DNA of 64,000 nucleotides from Chrysomallon squamiferum (taxonomy: Eukaryota > Animalia > Mollusca), in NCBI GenBank assembly GCA_012295275.1, contig CM022671.1:3844001-3908000 (forward strand), read 5' to 3'. Positions 38,754 to 53,090 of this stretch are shown here, piece by piece (the stretch's first letter is position 1; each line of letters starts with the position of its first letter). Made by a program: the position numbers and the translations under genes. The notes beneath the pieces were generated by a model. It was not told the origin of the DNA. It saw nothing but the letters and a program-made list of their open reading frames with translations, and did not search any database.

Positions 38754-39860
38754 GGGTTTTGTTACTTATCTTATTTTGAAATAATTAAACAAAACAAATA
38801 ATCAATGCTATTTTCGAAGATGCTCCTTAGATGAAAATTTCAATGGGAAATAACTAACAACAGTGATGAGAACAGGCAACACATATCTAATTAAACGCAA
38901 CTCAATATATTAATATGCACAAATAAAAGCATAAATTCAGTGATTATACACACATACACATTTTAAAATAAAAGTAGTGTTTGGTACAAATGGATGGTAG
39001 AATATAAAAAATAATATTTGAAGATGTTTATAATGAACTTTGGAACCATAACTGAGCAATAGATACAGCAGTTTATGCCAGGAAGACCAAGCATATGTAT
39101 AAAATATAAATATATCATCATAAATGTATGCACATTAAAATGTACTTATATAAAAAAAAAGCTAAATGTTTTGTTTATTTTATTTTATTTTATTTTTGTC
39201 TTGTTAGTTTTAAATTTAAAATTTCACTGGAATAATAATAAAAATTGAAAATTATTTTAAATTTATATTCCAGTTTTCTTTTCTTTAAAATGCAATTTCA
39301 TTAAACAAGCTTGCTCTTTTTTAATTTAAAAAAATTATTTTTAATACTGAGTAATAATAATACTATCACATTTTATGATTTTAATAATTATGTTTTCTTT
39401 TATTAGTTACATTATACATTCATCAATATGTATTACTTTACATATCTTTTTTAAAACTTTGTCAGTTATTTAAATATTGTATACAATATCAGCATCAATA
39501 TATGTTAAGATAACATCTATATACCAATATTTTTAATAAGATTTTACTTTTCTTATTTCAAAAATTTATATAAATTATCAGTATAAAACAGATTTTTTAA
39601 TAATTTGTATTTATCTTTTTTTTTAATTGTTTATTTCTAATATTTTAAGTATTTTATCAGTTTATTGTTTTCTTCAGCACCAATTTCATTTTGTTTAAAT
39701 GTATACAGAATCTACATATGATTCTTTGAAAATTTCATTATTTTTCAAGTAATATCTAAACCAATCTGTATATCTTTACTTCTTACATTTCAAGTATTTG
39801 AAATATTTAAAAATATAATTTAACACCTATTTATATCCTTCCAATTATTTTACTATTTCT

Positions 39861-42088
39861 TCATAAGAAATTATAAATAATGTCTGTACTGATGTAGTTC
39901 TTCAACACTTTTGGCACAGGCAGTTTATCAAGCAGACAGGACAGTTCAGGTCCGAGCACTCTGCGAACTTTGAGCCTGCTGATCTCTTTAAGAGACAGAG
40001 GCTGGACACATCGATTTAAATAAATATATTCAAAAAGTGTGGGGTCATCTTTCTCCAGCTTGTAAAACACGTTCTGCTTCACTGACAGGTCCTTACTTAC
40101 ATTGTAACCCTCGGAGAGGAGGTAGAGAATCATTGGTCGGTTGTTTTGTACACAGGCGACACACAGAGGTGAAAAGTACTCATACTGAATCATTTTGCTG
40201 CCCAGAAGAATCAGGAACCGAGCCACGTCAATTCGTCCTTCGTACACTGAGACGACTAGAGGTGATTCTCCCATGCTGTTGAGAGTATCGAGTTTTGATC
40301 CTGCCTGGACCAGCAGAGAAATGATCTCCAGGGAAGCGATCTGAACGGCAAAGTGTAATGGTGTTTCTCCACCAGGCATTGATCTGAGATATAATAAAAT
40401 AAAACATTACAGACTATATGTCAAATTTTATTGTTTTTGTTTTATATGATGGAGAAAATCCATCGTTGTTACCTCATGAACTGGAAATGTGTTTAGTTGT
40501 CCCAAAAACATGGTGTGTAGCTGTCCAAAAGCATAAACATAATACTATTATTGTTAAATAGTTATTGTTAGTATTTCCATTTTCCATTCCAAATGATGTT
40601 CTATTTATAAGGTTTGTGCCTTTAAATACATTAGTTACAGATTAGAACACTGTTTGAAATAGGAAACAGAAATAATAATGAAAACGACTATTTCACAGAA
40701 AAAGTAAACAGATATATACAAACATTATCAACTTTTATTTCTGAGAAATATTTATATACAGAGAGATTACAAAAAAACAATAACAATAACAATAATAATA
40801 ATAAATAAATAAATAAATTTCTAAAATTTACCTCAGTGCAGAAGCTCCTTGTATTAGTAAATATTCCACAATGTTTCTGTTTGATTGTAGGATGGCCAGA
40901 ATTAATGGTGTGTACCCAGTCAGAGAATTAGGTCTGTTTACATTTGCTCCAGCCTCAACTAAGCATTTCACAGTTTCAATGTCACCACTGCAACCACTGC
41001 TAATAGCTTCATGTAAGGGTTGGTCTCCGTCAACATTAACCTGATTAATAATAGAATTGAATGAATATTTGTTTTATTATAATATTAATAGCATTTAGGA
41101 GGCCAATTTTTGTTTTGTACTAGACATATGAAAAAGGATATTTTAAAACCTTTTAAATAATTTTTGTAAGCAATATAAGGACTAACAAGAAAAACAAAAT
41201 AAAAATAATAATTAAATATGTTTGAAAAAGATTTATATTACTAATCACCAGGTTTATATTACAACCAGCTTGAAGCAGCACCTCAACAACCTGACTGTTA
41301 CCATGGGAACAAGCATGAAAGAGAGCTGATTGGCCATCTCCATCTTCCAGATTAATGTCTGCTCCTAAATCAAGCAATCTCTGAGCCACTGATACTAGAC
41401 CTATATAATTATAAACCAATAAATATGCATATTATATTTTAATATATGTACATTCACCCTTGATGGTCTAATGGTTAAAACAACAGCCTTAAACTCCTTA
41501 AATGATGGTTCAAACCAAAATACATAAGTGAAATAATCTTTGTTAATAATAAAGTAGGACAAAAAAAAACAGAATAAAAGATGTTCAGAGATGTATCATC
41601 TTAATCTATCAATTTTTAACTGTACATGTTATGACAGGAATAAAGATAAATGGTTTATACTTTCTTGAAACAATATAAAAATGATATCATCACATTTCTT
41701 TACTGGTTTGTAACTAACAAAGGCAGACTTCAAAATAAAGTATTTAAGTATTTTACTTATCTTTTTAACCAACTATTTAATAAACAGACAAACATAAATA
41801 AATAAATAAATAATAATAAAATAAAAAATAAAAATAACAAAAATAATACAAAATAAACATAAAATCATTTGTTTATAATATCAGAAAGGTTTAACAGAAA
41901 AGAAAATAGTTTTTTTTTTTTAAATTTGACAAAAATAAACTTAAAATATTACCCAGTTTTGAGGCAAGCATCAAAGGTGTTATCTTCTCAACTCCAATGT
42001 TGACATCATATCCAGGCATTTGAACAAGCTGCAAGGCTTTCTTCACATTTCTGCTTTTAATTGCAGATAATACAAACTTCTGTGCCAT
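39861..42088 (-). CDS. Ankyrin repeat and SOCS box-containing (ASB-like) protein, ~339 aa
   Basis: Exons 42088-41953, 41400-41249, 41040-40832, 40383-39861, phase-consistent. About 7 ankyrin repeats (TPLMLAS, GQSALFHAC, GDQPLHEAI, GYTPLILAI, GETPLHFAV, GESPLVVSV, SPLCVAC) and a C-terminal SOCS box PLSLKEISRLKVRRVLG...LDKLPVPKVLKNYI. Confidence 0.92.
41458..41516 (+). mobile_element. Possible decayed tRNA-derived SINE head
   Basis: A-box-like TGGTCTAATGG (41464) and B-box-like GGTTCAAACC (41507) at tRNA-like spacing; no cloverleaf. Confidence 0.3.
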
Positions 42089-42386
42089 TGTTAACTCTTG
42101 TTTGAACCATTATTAATTCTTTCTTTTAATTTTCACAGAAGTGTCAGAGAGGTTTCGTTGTTTGTGAATTCAGTTCAGATCTACAAGATTGATCTAAAAA
42201 TAAAAATAACAAAATAAAATTTAAAATATGGTAAAATAACAACAATAACTAGAAAATAAATAAAATAATTTATGCACTAGAAAAATAAAGTCTCCATATA
42301 CATGTACTATTTGTTCATTAAAAAATAATTTATTAACTGAATTTTTCAGATTCAACTAAATTTAATGCTAATGATTTCAGTATTTT

Positions 42387-42440
<54 letters not shown>

Positions 42441-42609
42441 TTACAGTAATTCTACACTAATTATTATGTATTTAATTACATTTTACTGTGAACTGTTAAA
42501 TACTGTACTTACTGAGCTTTTTATATAAAAAAAAGTAATAATAAAATGTGGAGAGAAAAAGTTATACATTATCTTTATTAATTTTAACAGTATTTTATAT
42601 TCAAAATAA

Positions 42610-42651
<42 letters not shown>

Positions 42652-43429
42652 TAAATAAAAAAGATATTCTATATATATTGTTTACCACTTAATTAATAGG
42701 ATTTCTGTGATAACAAATAATTATGAATTTGATAATTTGTTTGAATATAACTACTGTTTGTCAAAATGCTCCCTGAAACTGCTATGCAGTACTGTGGTAT
42801 CTGTAGTAAACTGTATTTGATAAATTCCTTACTGATAATCAATAAAACTGTGTAACCCTCTTAAGATCACTAAACAAAGACATGTTGACGCCGTATTCAG
42901 ACATTTTTATCAAATTCATTATTATTTGTGGTCACACAAATCCTACTAATTAAGGGAGTAAAATATTATGTACAGAATTCCAATTGTATCATAAAATATC
43001 TTGCATCATTCTAACATACTAAATCACACATAATCTGAAAAATAAATCTTCGTTTATTTATTATTATTATTATACTTCTTAAAGACAAAATTCACAAAAT
43101 GTGGGTGTGGCATGTGTCAGAAAACAATATAGCCATCATTATCATTTCTAATTTTAAACGTTACAGTTAGTTATTATTCAGTGTTTTGCAACAACGTACT
43201 ATTTGCAGGAATTGTGTTTCAGTTGTGATCTAATAAATAATAAAATGTCGATATGCTATTGTCGTCTGCGTTAAGGTATGGACTCTAGCCAGGGTCACTT
43301 GAAGGAGCGATGCCAATTTAATTACGTATTCATTTAATTAATTACGCTGTTTGTAATTCTGCATGACGATATTTTTATAACAGTTTTATGAAAGAAAGAA
43401 AATATATATTCACCAGTCTGTATAAACAA

Positions 43430-43786
43430 ATATAACTTACTGTAATTTACATCTTCCTGAAAAAAAAAAAAATTACACCTTACACAAGTGGCATATGGAT
43501 TAATCCCTTGACCCAAACGAGCCTGTTGATATTTGTAGGTTTGTAATTTCGGCCAAAGAAACGGAAATTCAACGTTTTGCAAATATCTTCTACGTTTCTT
43601 TTTCTTTTTAAACAAAGTATCTACATAATTTATAATTCCACAGTTTCTGCTTATATTATTGTTCTTAAGGCTTAAATTATTTTATAATATAAGCATGATT
43701 ATTCCATGCGAATTGCGTTTAGAATATTCTTGTTCGTTAGTGGGTCTTTCGTGTCAATGTCAGAATTCACGAAGTAACAAGAAAAA
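43430..43786. promoter_or_regulatory. Probable bidirectional promoter between the ASB-like gene (-) and IDH3G (+)
   Basis: Divergent ATGs 1.7 kb apart; minus-strand donor-like sites (GTAAGT at ~43435-43440, GTAAGG at ~43478-43483) imply a non-coding ASB first exon; AAAATGGCGGC (YY1-like/Kozak) at the IDH3G start. Confidence 0.5.
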
Positions 43787-46700
43787 TGGCGGCTTCCATG
43801 AGATGTCTGCTGTCAAGACACTGTATAAAACCACAGTTAAATGTTTTTAACAAGGAGGTTTGTTATTTTGATCATCTGTAACTAGGTGATGTTTTCTTCT
43901 TAAAGGATATTTTTTATTCAATATTTTTATTTTTGCTTTTGGTATAAGTTAGTAAGAATCAAACATCTGAACTTTGTTTTTAAATGTTCCGATTTAATTA
44001 ATGATCAGTCGTCTGCTACTGCAGTGCTGGTTTAGTAAACTCAGCATTTGGATAATTAGAAACGTTTCCTTTAGAGAATAATATTGTTTCATGTATTTTG
44101 CATAATAATATTATAAATTCAGTTACTTATTAAGTTATCACCTAATGAAAACAAAACTGTATCCATGGTTATCATATTTGCTGTTATAAATAAATCGTTA
44201 TTTTTATTGTTATTGTTGTTGTTCTTGATCTTAAAAACAAAATATCTGTAATAAATGTGTTTACTTTTGAGAAATATTAACAGAAAAACTAATGACTAGA
44301 AGTAGAACATTAATTTATTTTGTTGATTTTAACTGTTTCAGTAAATGCTAACTTTTTAAGATTATCATTATGTACAAAACAAAATTCCACTTGCATATAG
44401 TAGTGTTATTTTGGAATTAATTTCTCTTTCAGCAATGATAACACGAATGTCCTTGATAATTTTTATGTTTGACCTTGACTTGGATACAGCCATGTCATTG
44501 AAACAAAATACCTAATTATTATATTAATTATTTTTATGAAATATTTGGAAGTGCCACTGATTTTACAAATCAGGTGATATTAATTTCTTTTGGTTTCTGT
44601 TTATAATCATAAATTAAAAAATTAATAAAAGGTTAAAGTATAAATATTTATAAAGTTTGATTAATTATTGAAATTTATAAATATATACTAATGTATTTCA
44701 GCTCTACTGTCTTCAAGCATGCCTAAAATGTCCATCATTTAATCAAAGATCTTATATTTCTGATGCCACTGAATTACAGGTTTGTTTATTTATTTATTTA
44801 TTGACACATTATGTATGTAATTGTTTATTTATAAGAATAAATAAATAATATAATTCTGCTTTTAGATTATTCATATACTTTGAATGTTAAATATTTTTCT
44901 AATTGATTATATTCTTGTTGTATGTGTAATCCTTGTTTCAGCTTTGTTGATTTTTTAGAATAAAAATACAAAATATATTTTAAAATAATAATTACTAAAT
45001 TAGTTTGTAATTATTTAATTTTTCGAAATAACCCTGTACACCTTCACTCTCTACTCATACTCGTTCCTAATTCTTGTCTGAATGATCTCATTTGCAAGCT
45101 TTGTAAATTAAGTGAAAACTGTTCTAATGTTACTGCAATATTTACATGTGTTTTAATATATATATATATAGATAGATAGACAGATAGACAGATAAAAGAA
45201 CATTAAAATGAATACTTATATATCAGTATGTGATAACAAAAGAAAAAAAAACTACTATTTTTTATTGTAGTCTGCTAACTGTGCAAAGTATGGAGGCCGA
45301 CATACAGTAACATTACTGACTGGAGATGGAGTTGGTCCTGAACTTCTAGAGCATGTACAGAAAGTCTTCAGGTGAATAAATTATAAAATGTTTTGAGTTA
45401 ACAAAACAATTATAATTTGATGTTGATAGAATCATACCTGTTAGTCTACGAAGCTTGGCTTGGTTTAAGATTACTCAATAAATAGAGTTTATTTTCTTCA
45501 CAAAATTGTTATGAATATGTGATGAAATAATTTAAGATTTAATAATATATAAATAATTTATAATTAGTTTCCCAGTTTCATATATATAATAGATTTCTGT
45601 ACTTAGAATTATTTGGTTTTACATGTATGTATTGAATAGCTACTGAACTACTGTTAATTATGAGCAAGTCATTGTTAAGTGTCTGGATTTTGAGATTTTG
45701 GAGACATTTTGTGTTACATTCCTAAATTTATTTATATTTCTTCTATTACAGAAATATACTTATAACACAGCTAGCGCAAAAAAAAAAAATAAAAAAAATT
45801 AGATTAAATTCATATGAAGCAATAGGTGATTGTCTTGACTGAAGTTATTTTACAAAATATATAATTATCATGGCTGTAACTAGAATCTTTTTGAAATGAA
45901 ACAAAGACATTTAATTGCTGAGTCAGTTATGTCTTTCGTCGCAACAGTGTCATTAGACTTCAATTGGCAGCCATAGATATAAACAAATTTATTCAGTGGA
46001 TATGTTTCTGTTGGAATAGAAATTTATATTTAAAAAAAATAAAATTAAAATTCTTATTAATTTTGGTAATGAGGCATTTGCCTCATTTGCCTCAACATAG
46101 TTTCTGCCATGATTATAAGCATGATCTGCTTTTCAGTTTTCTGGTTTTGGGTAGATTATACATGCATCTTTCAGGAAACCGTGTCCAGTCCATCTCAACT
46201 TCAGCATTTGGACCTCCTTCTGAAGATGTAATTAGGTTAAACTTAAAGTAAAGAGAAGAACAACAAATATTTTTTTTTTTAAAGATTAATTTAGAAATAA
46301 TTACAAATAATTTTCAGATATGCAGGAGCTCCTATAGATTTTGAAAAAGTTGTTATCAATGCTTCCACAAGGGAACCAGAGGACATGACCAATGCTCTCT
46401 TGTCGGTTAGAAGAAATGGAGTTGCTATCAAAGGCAAGTTAAATTTAAATACTTATACTACCTTGTTTTATACAGTAATATCACTTTGCTTAGTATTAAT
46501 AAAAAATTATAACGGTATATACAAAAATATTTCATAACTCTGCCTATTGATTTCACACATATTGTCTGATTTAAAATAATAATAAAAATAATTACTATTC
46601 TTATTATTAATATTATTATTAATTATCTTTTCTTTAAAATTAATATTATTACTTTTTCCTTTTTTTTCTTTTTTACTTGTCTTTGCAACTTTAGAAATCC

Positions 46701-49700
46701 TTGAGAATCTGATAATCTAGGTAATGTTTAAGTGAAAAATTAAAGAGATATCTTCTATAAAACAGGACATGTAGTGGATTTATTTTTAATTCATATGTAT
46801 TTTTTATTTTTTAAATTATTTATTTTCAGGCAATATTGAAACCAAATTTGATGATCCAACATTCTCATCAATGAATGTTGCTTTAAGGTAAATTAATTTT
46901 CCACTGTATATGCCCACAAAAAATTAGTTTGTATATTTCCATATAATTTAGTAGATCCAAATGATATAAATGCACATGTATTTCTATGAACTATATAAAA
47001 TATGTTTCCCTGTTTGCCAATACTATATCATGTAGGAACTGTATAACATAAGTATCAGAGTATTATACTACTTGTTTGTAAAGAATGATTTAAAATTAAT
47101 TTGAAATAAGAATTATTTCAGTGAATTACTGTGATTTTTATTTCAGGTTAAATTTAAGTTTGTTTGCTAGTATCGTGTGGTGCAAATCTTTCCCTGGAGT
47201 GAAAACAAAACATCAAGATGTTGACATAATTCTAATCAGAGAGAACACAGAGGGAGAATACACTAACCTTGAACATGAGGTAAAAACAGTAAATTATCTT
47301 TGTTACCCACAGTCAGATAATCATAAAAACAAGTTTTTCATTTCAGTATGAGCCAAAATTAAAAGCTCTAAACTTTTTTAATATCACAGAAGTCAGATAA
47401 TATGTGATAGATTATAAAATTTTATAACTAAACAAGTTAATTAAAACAAGTGAAATGATTAATTAACAGAGTTAATTAACATGTAATTATTTCATATTTA
47501 CGATATAACTGAGACCCCTGTATTTGTGAAAGAGCCTGTAAAACACTTGTCTTGATTAATCCACAGTAACAAAAACTGATGTTTTGATACTGATAACTTA
47601 GAGGTTGTTATTTGTTGTGGTGTGTTTTAGAATGTTCCTGGTGTGGTAGAGAGTCTGAAGATTATAACAGAACCAAAGTCTACACGTATTGCAAGATATG
47701 CTTTCGATTATGCAGTGAAGCATGGCAGAAAGAAGGTGACAGCAATTCACAAAGCTAATATCATGTAAGCTTTTTTCTCATCTGTTGTTTAGGTTTATGT
47801 TGTTGTTTTTTAATTCTCAAGGCTGTGGAGAGATAATAATAATAATAGAAATATTACATCATAAAAATAATTTTGTTTTGGAATCTAATATCACGTAAGT
47901 TGTTTTTTTCATTTGTTATGTTTCATAACATGTTTATTTTACTCTGAAAGCTGAGGAGAAATAATATATCAACTAAATTTTGAAAATTATTTTATTGTTC
48001 AAACTATATAATTGATCCCATTAATATGATAATTATAAAATATAAGTACAGTGTAATTACTTGACAGTTATTTACATAATTTAGTGTTTCAATATAAAAT
48101 TTGATTACTGTATAGAATTCTCTTGTTTGAAACCAAATGTGTATCTGATAGTTATATAATAAAATGTGTGGAAGCAGTTATTAATATTTCATATTGAAAA
48201 AAAAAAAAAAAAAAAGTTTGTTTTGCTTTATGGAATTTGGATCATCACATGATTATTCTTTGTTACCACCATTGCATTTTTGTTCTCATTCAAGCCATGA
48301 TCCATTGTCTGGTATTTTCTTTTGTAAATTAATAACAATAGCCAGTTACTGAGTGAGTCTGTGAGCATGGGTTTCCTCATTTCATTACTCAATATCTGAC
48401 ACTTAATTAAATAATTATAACTATTAAAATATATGCAATCTCATTAAACCATTCATTTGAGCATTTTTTTTGTTGTTGTTGTTTGTTGCTGTATTATATT
48501 TATAACAACAGGTTATTTGAATTCTGTTTTTTTTTCAAAACAGGAAGCTTGCTGATGGTTTGTTTCTTGAATGTTGCCGAAATGTTGCGAAGGAGTACCC
48601 AGATATTGAGTTCACTGACATGATTATAGACAATGCCAGCATGCAGGTTAGTTCTGACACTGTAATCATTTTAATAGCTCTATCAATTTTTAGTTACATT
48701 TTCTAAATATTAAGGTTTTTCTAAGTCAGTTTTGTTTGAAAGGTAAAATAGTTTTACAAACTTGTTATTTTCATTACAATAACATATTACATTGTTTTAT
48801 GTTTTGAATGTTAGAAAGATCAGATTTTTCAACTCTAATTTTGTATTTTGAAACAAATAAAAATTAAAAAAATTAAACTATTCATATAAAACCAAATATA
48901 TTTTATAAGGAGAAAAGGTTTTTGTTTAAAATAACTGATTAAATAATTATTTGAAAAAAACAACAAAAAAAAACAATTAATTACCCAAGAGAAATAAAAG
49001 TTTTATTACAAGAAATAATTTTATTTATCAGATGGTTTCCAGACCTCAGCAGTTTGATGTTCTGGTCCTGCCAAATCTCTATGGTAACATTCTCAGTAAT
49101 ATTGGAGCAGGACTTGTAGGTGGGGCTGGTATGGTCCCAGGAATAAATGTTGGTGAAAATTATGCTATTTTTGAACTGGTAAATATAATCATTACCTTCA
49201 AGCTATCTTCTTTTTTATAATATGGAATAAATATGCTTATAATTATCTTTGTTTTTCTTATCAGCTGATCAGAAGCTGCTTTTTGGTGTTGTTGTTTTAT
49301 TTTATTAGTGTTGTTTCATGCAGACAGACACATATTGATTTATTAGCTTAAACTCAGTTATTCTGTTAAAAATAAAATAAATTGCACATTAAATAATTAA
49401 TCTGTTTTAATTTTAGTTTAATCATATTTGTGTTGCACCAACATACATATAAAAAAAATGATGCAGTATTCAAAAGTTTTGATTAGAAAGAATTGAAGTC
49501 ATTTTTATTTAAATCAATCTAATTTTCACTTTGTTGCACAATCTTCTTTCATTATGGGCCAAAAAGTGTGACACTTTCAATGTATGTTATAATAATAGTA
49601 AAAAAAATAATAAGCAGTTATACTAATATTATTATTACTAGTAATAATTTTACTCACTTTATATTTTCAGGGGACGAGGAATTCAGGGAGAACACTGGAG

Positions 49701-51452
49701 GGGAAAAATCTGGCGAATCCAGTTGGGATGTTGTTAGCAAGCTGTGACATGCTCACCTATCTTGGGTGAGTTTTTATAACTCATGTTTCTAAAGTTCTCT
49801 TTAACTAGGCTTGTCTGTAGCCACATTTAATATATAACTTCTGTGGTACATACAGATTGTCTAAATACAAATTTCCAAATAATTAATTTATCTATATCTA
49901 GATGGTCAGTCTTTGAAAATAATAAAGTATGTCATCATTTCATACATGCAAATGTAAAAAGTACATGATAGCCTCAGTAGGTTAGGTATTTCAAAAATTT
50001 CATTTTCCAAAAATTAGTCGTAGTAAAAGGAAAAATGTTATCATCAACAGTTTTGTTACTATATTTGTCAGACTTTATTATTAACATAAATTAGTGCCAG
50101 TAATAGATAAGGCACTGAAATGGAAATATTTACATAGATACATGCATTTATGATATTTTTGAAAATAATATTAAATTTTAATTTATCTTTCTTTAATCTG
50201 TAAAGTATCAAAAATATAACGGTTTACTGTTTTCTGTCTAAACTTTATTTTTATATTTGCAGACATTATGAAACATCCATGGTGATACGTAAAGCTACTA
50301 TGAGCATCCTTTCAGATGAGAAGGTAAAAATCATTATGTGTTTTCTAGTGTCAATATCTATTTTTATATTTATTTTATTTTATTTTATTTTATTTCATAG
50401 ATAAATAGATACTTTTCAAAGATAAATACAGAATTTTTTTCTCACTCCTAATTTTTCTTTTTGTAAACTATATTTTAAAACTCAACAGTAAAATGTAAAA
50501 AAATACAGAGTAATTAGTGCAGATTATATTTAAATTTTTAGAATTTGTTTTTTGTTTTAAATATATAAATAATAAAATGAAAAATAATTTAATTATTATT
50601 AACGCATCACAAAATCCAAACAAAATGAAAATCAGCTGTTAATTAACATTTTTATTTTAGTGTGTTTACTTGTGGAAACTATTGAGAAACAAAGTAAAAA
50701 TAAAACTCACCCAGAAACATTTGTCACATAATCAATATTAGTTTATCAACATCCTCAGTGTATTAGATATGTATCAGTCCTGTTATATCTTGTTTGTTTT
50801 TTCTTAAATCAATTTGGACTTCATTTCCTTTTATCTTTTTTTGTATTATTGATTTTTAATTTTTATTAATATTTTTTATCCATTTTTTTTTTTTTTTTAT
50901 AGATTTTTTAATGTTTTTTTGTATCATTTCTTCTTTAATTGATTATCAATAATATTTTTTTTTTTTTTCTGTTTATTTTATCAATTTCTTTTTTCTTTTT
51001 ATTATTATTGTTTTTATCACTTTTCAGTATTATTGTTAATATTTTAATTAAGATTTGTTTTAAAGGTGTTCATTTTTTCTATCTTTTATTTTTTGTTATT
51101 TTTTTTATCCTTTTTCAATTTTATTTTTGACTAAATTTAATTTCTGTTGGTTTTTCTAGTGGGTCCTTTTTTTTTTCTTTTTTTTTTTCTAATCCTTTCA
51201 CTGCATAATTAAATTTTTGACAAAATCAATAAAACTAACAGATAACAAAACATACTGGGTGTATGCAATGTCTGGGAACCTCTGTGGGTAAGTATGCCTG
51301 CTTCTCACATCATAATGAGAATTTTACTACCAGCATGGGATAAATCCACTTTCCACAGTTAAATTAAAATAAAATTTTGATATATCTGCTTATCACAAGA
51401 AAAGGGTTAATTTTTTGTTGTCATTTTTTTTCTTTTTTATGAATTTTGATTT

Positions 51453-51490
<38 letters not shown>

Positions 51491-51687
51491 AATTGAACTT
51501 GTTTTCTTTATGATTTTTAATTTCTGTATTTTATTGAATTTTATTTCTCTCTCTATTTTTTTTTTTTTTTTTTTTTTTTTTTTGATACTATCAGACATGC
51601 ACTGTTGACATTGGTGGGGAAGCCAGCACCTCTGATGCTATCGATGCTATTATTGACAATCTGAAAGGAAAGACAAAAACATGGTAA
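43786..51687 (+). CDS. IDH3G: Isocitrate dehydrogenase [NAD] subunit gamma, mitochondrial, ~396 aa
   Basis: Exons 43786-43857, 44702-44779, 45271-45371, 46318-46433 (GC donor), 46830-46887, 47147-47279, 47631-47764, 48544-48646, 49032-49178, 49671-49765, 50263-50323, 51595-51687. Gamma-type [74 protein letters not shown]; N-terminal transit-peptide-like sequence. Confidence 0.95.
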
Positions 51688-53033
51688 AACTGCTTTGTTT
51701 TGTCTGTTTATGTATCTTTTGTACTCTGCTGATCAGCTAGATAGCTGTGAATCAAAATTAAGCTTTTATCAATACATACACATTAGTGTATCGATTTGTG
51801 AAACAGAACGTTTTAAATGTGAATTCCTTAAAAAAAAGGATAAAAACAGAAACTAAAAATTGTTTTTAGTGTTTTTTAAAGAATTCAGTGTTAAGTTTAG
51901 TTTTATTTATTGTAATTTATTAAAAATTAAAAATGAATTTACTGTAATTTATTAAAGTGTATATTTCCATCATACATACAGGAAAGCTTGTAAAATATAC
52001 ACTTCTTTTTTTTTGTTACCTGTTATCCCACTTAACACGTATCTGTGTATTCAGGCAGGTTTAAAAATGGTAGTATACAAATATAGCATACATTTTAAAT
52101 TAAAAAAAATATAATTTAAATAGAGCTTACAAACAACTATGGATAAGCATTTAAATTTTATATTCTTTTATTATTTTGCATTTCATTTATTTATTATTTT
52201 CTGTGTATTTATGAATATTTTTCTGCCGTTTTCTGTATACTGCCTAAATATGTGTCTCAAATAAAATTTAATAAATTATTTTTAATAAATTAATTTCTAG
52301 AAATATTTTAAATAATAATATATAAATAAACTAATAAAAATAATTTAAAAAAAAAAAAAAAGATTACAGTGAAATAGATATTTTTGGTTTTATTATCATC
52401 ATTATTATTACATTATTATTTTTATTATTTTTGTTATTTTTATTATTATTATTATTATTATTTGTAAGAAACTAATTACAATTTATCAATTTTTATTTTT
52501 GTATAGAATATACTCCCATTTCTCTGAATAAAAAGTGCTACTCAATTAAGTTATGGAATTACTTAAAATTAAAAAGTCATCAGGTATTTGATTAGCAGAC
52601 TGCAACCATCATATCTCATCCTTCTGTTGTTCTGTGTTGTTCCATGTTCTGTGTTCTTCTGCCTTCCTGATGACAGAGGATTATTTTAAGCATTCAGCAG
52701 AATCACAAGTGTTTTAAAAATCAGCGATGCGTGACTATGAATTATTGAAGTGTATCTGTTCACAGTGATACGCTAATCATTGTCATTAGATTTCCGTTTT
52801 TGGTTACAGATGAGTGATTTCCAGTTTCTTTTTACGATTTTAATTCTTTTTTATTTTCGTTATTATTTATTGTTGGTATTATTATTTTTTAATAAGTGTA
52901 TTATGTACAATAATGTAAAAAAAAAAATATCAGAAAGAAGCATTGGATTTCCCTTGAATCTCTTATATTTTTTTATTTTTTTTTTGTTGTTGTTGTTGTT
53001 GTTATTATTATTATGATTATGATTATGATTATG

Positions 53034-53090
<57 letters not shown>

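Noticed and set aside
41458-41516. tRNA gene
   Set aside because: A/B-box-like motifs only; no acceptor or anticodon stems.
52574-52690. Alternative hydrophobic last exon for IDH3G via TG/gtaaaa at 51683
   Set aside because: Poor acceptor context, and the in-frame TAA at 51685-51687 already gives a normal-length gamma subunit; it would need RNA-seq support.
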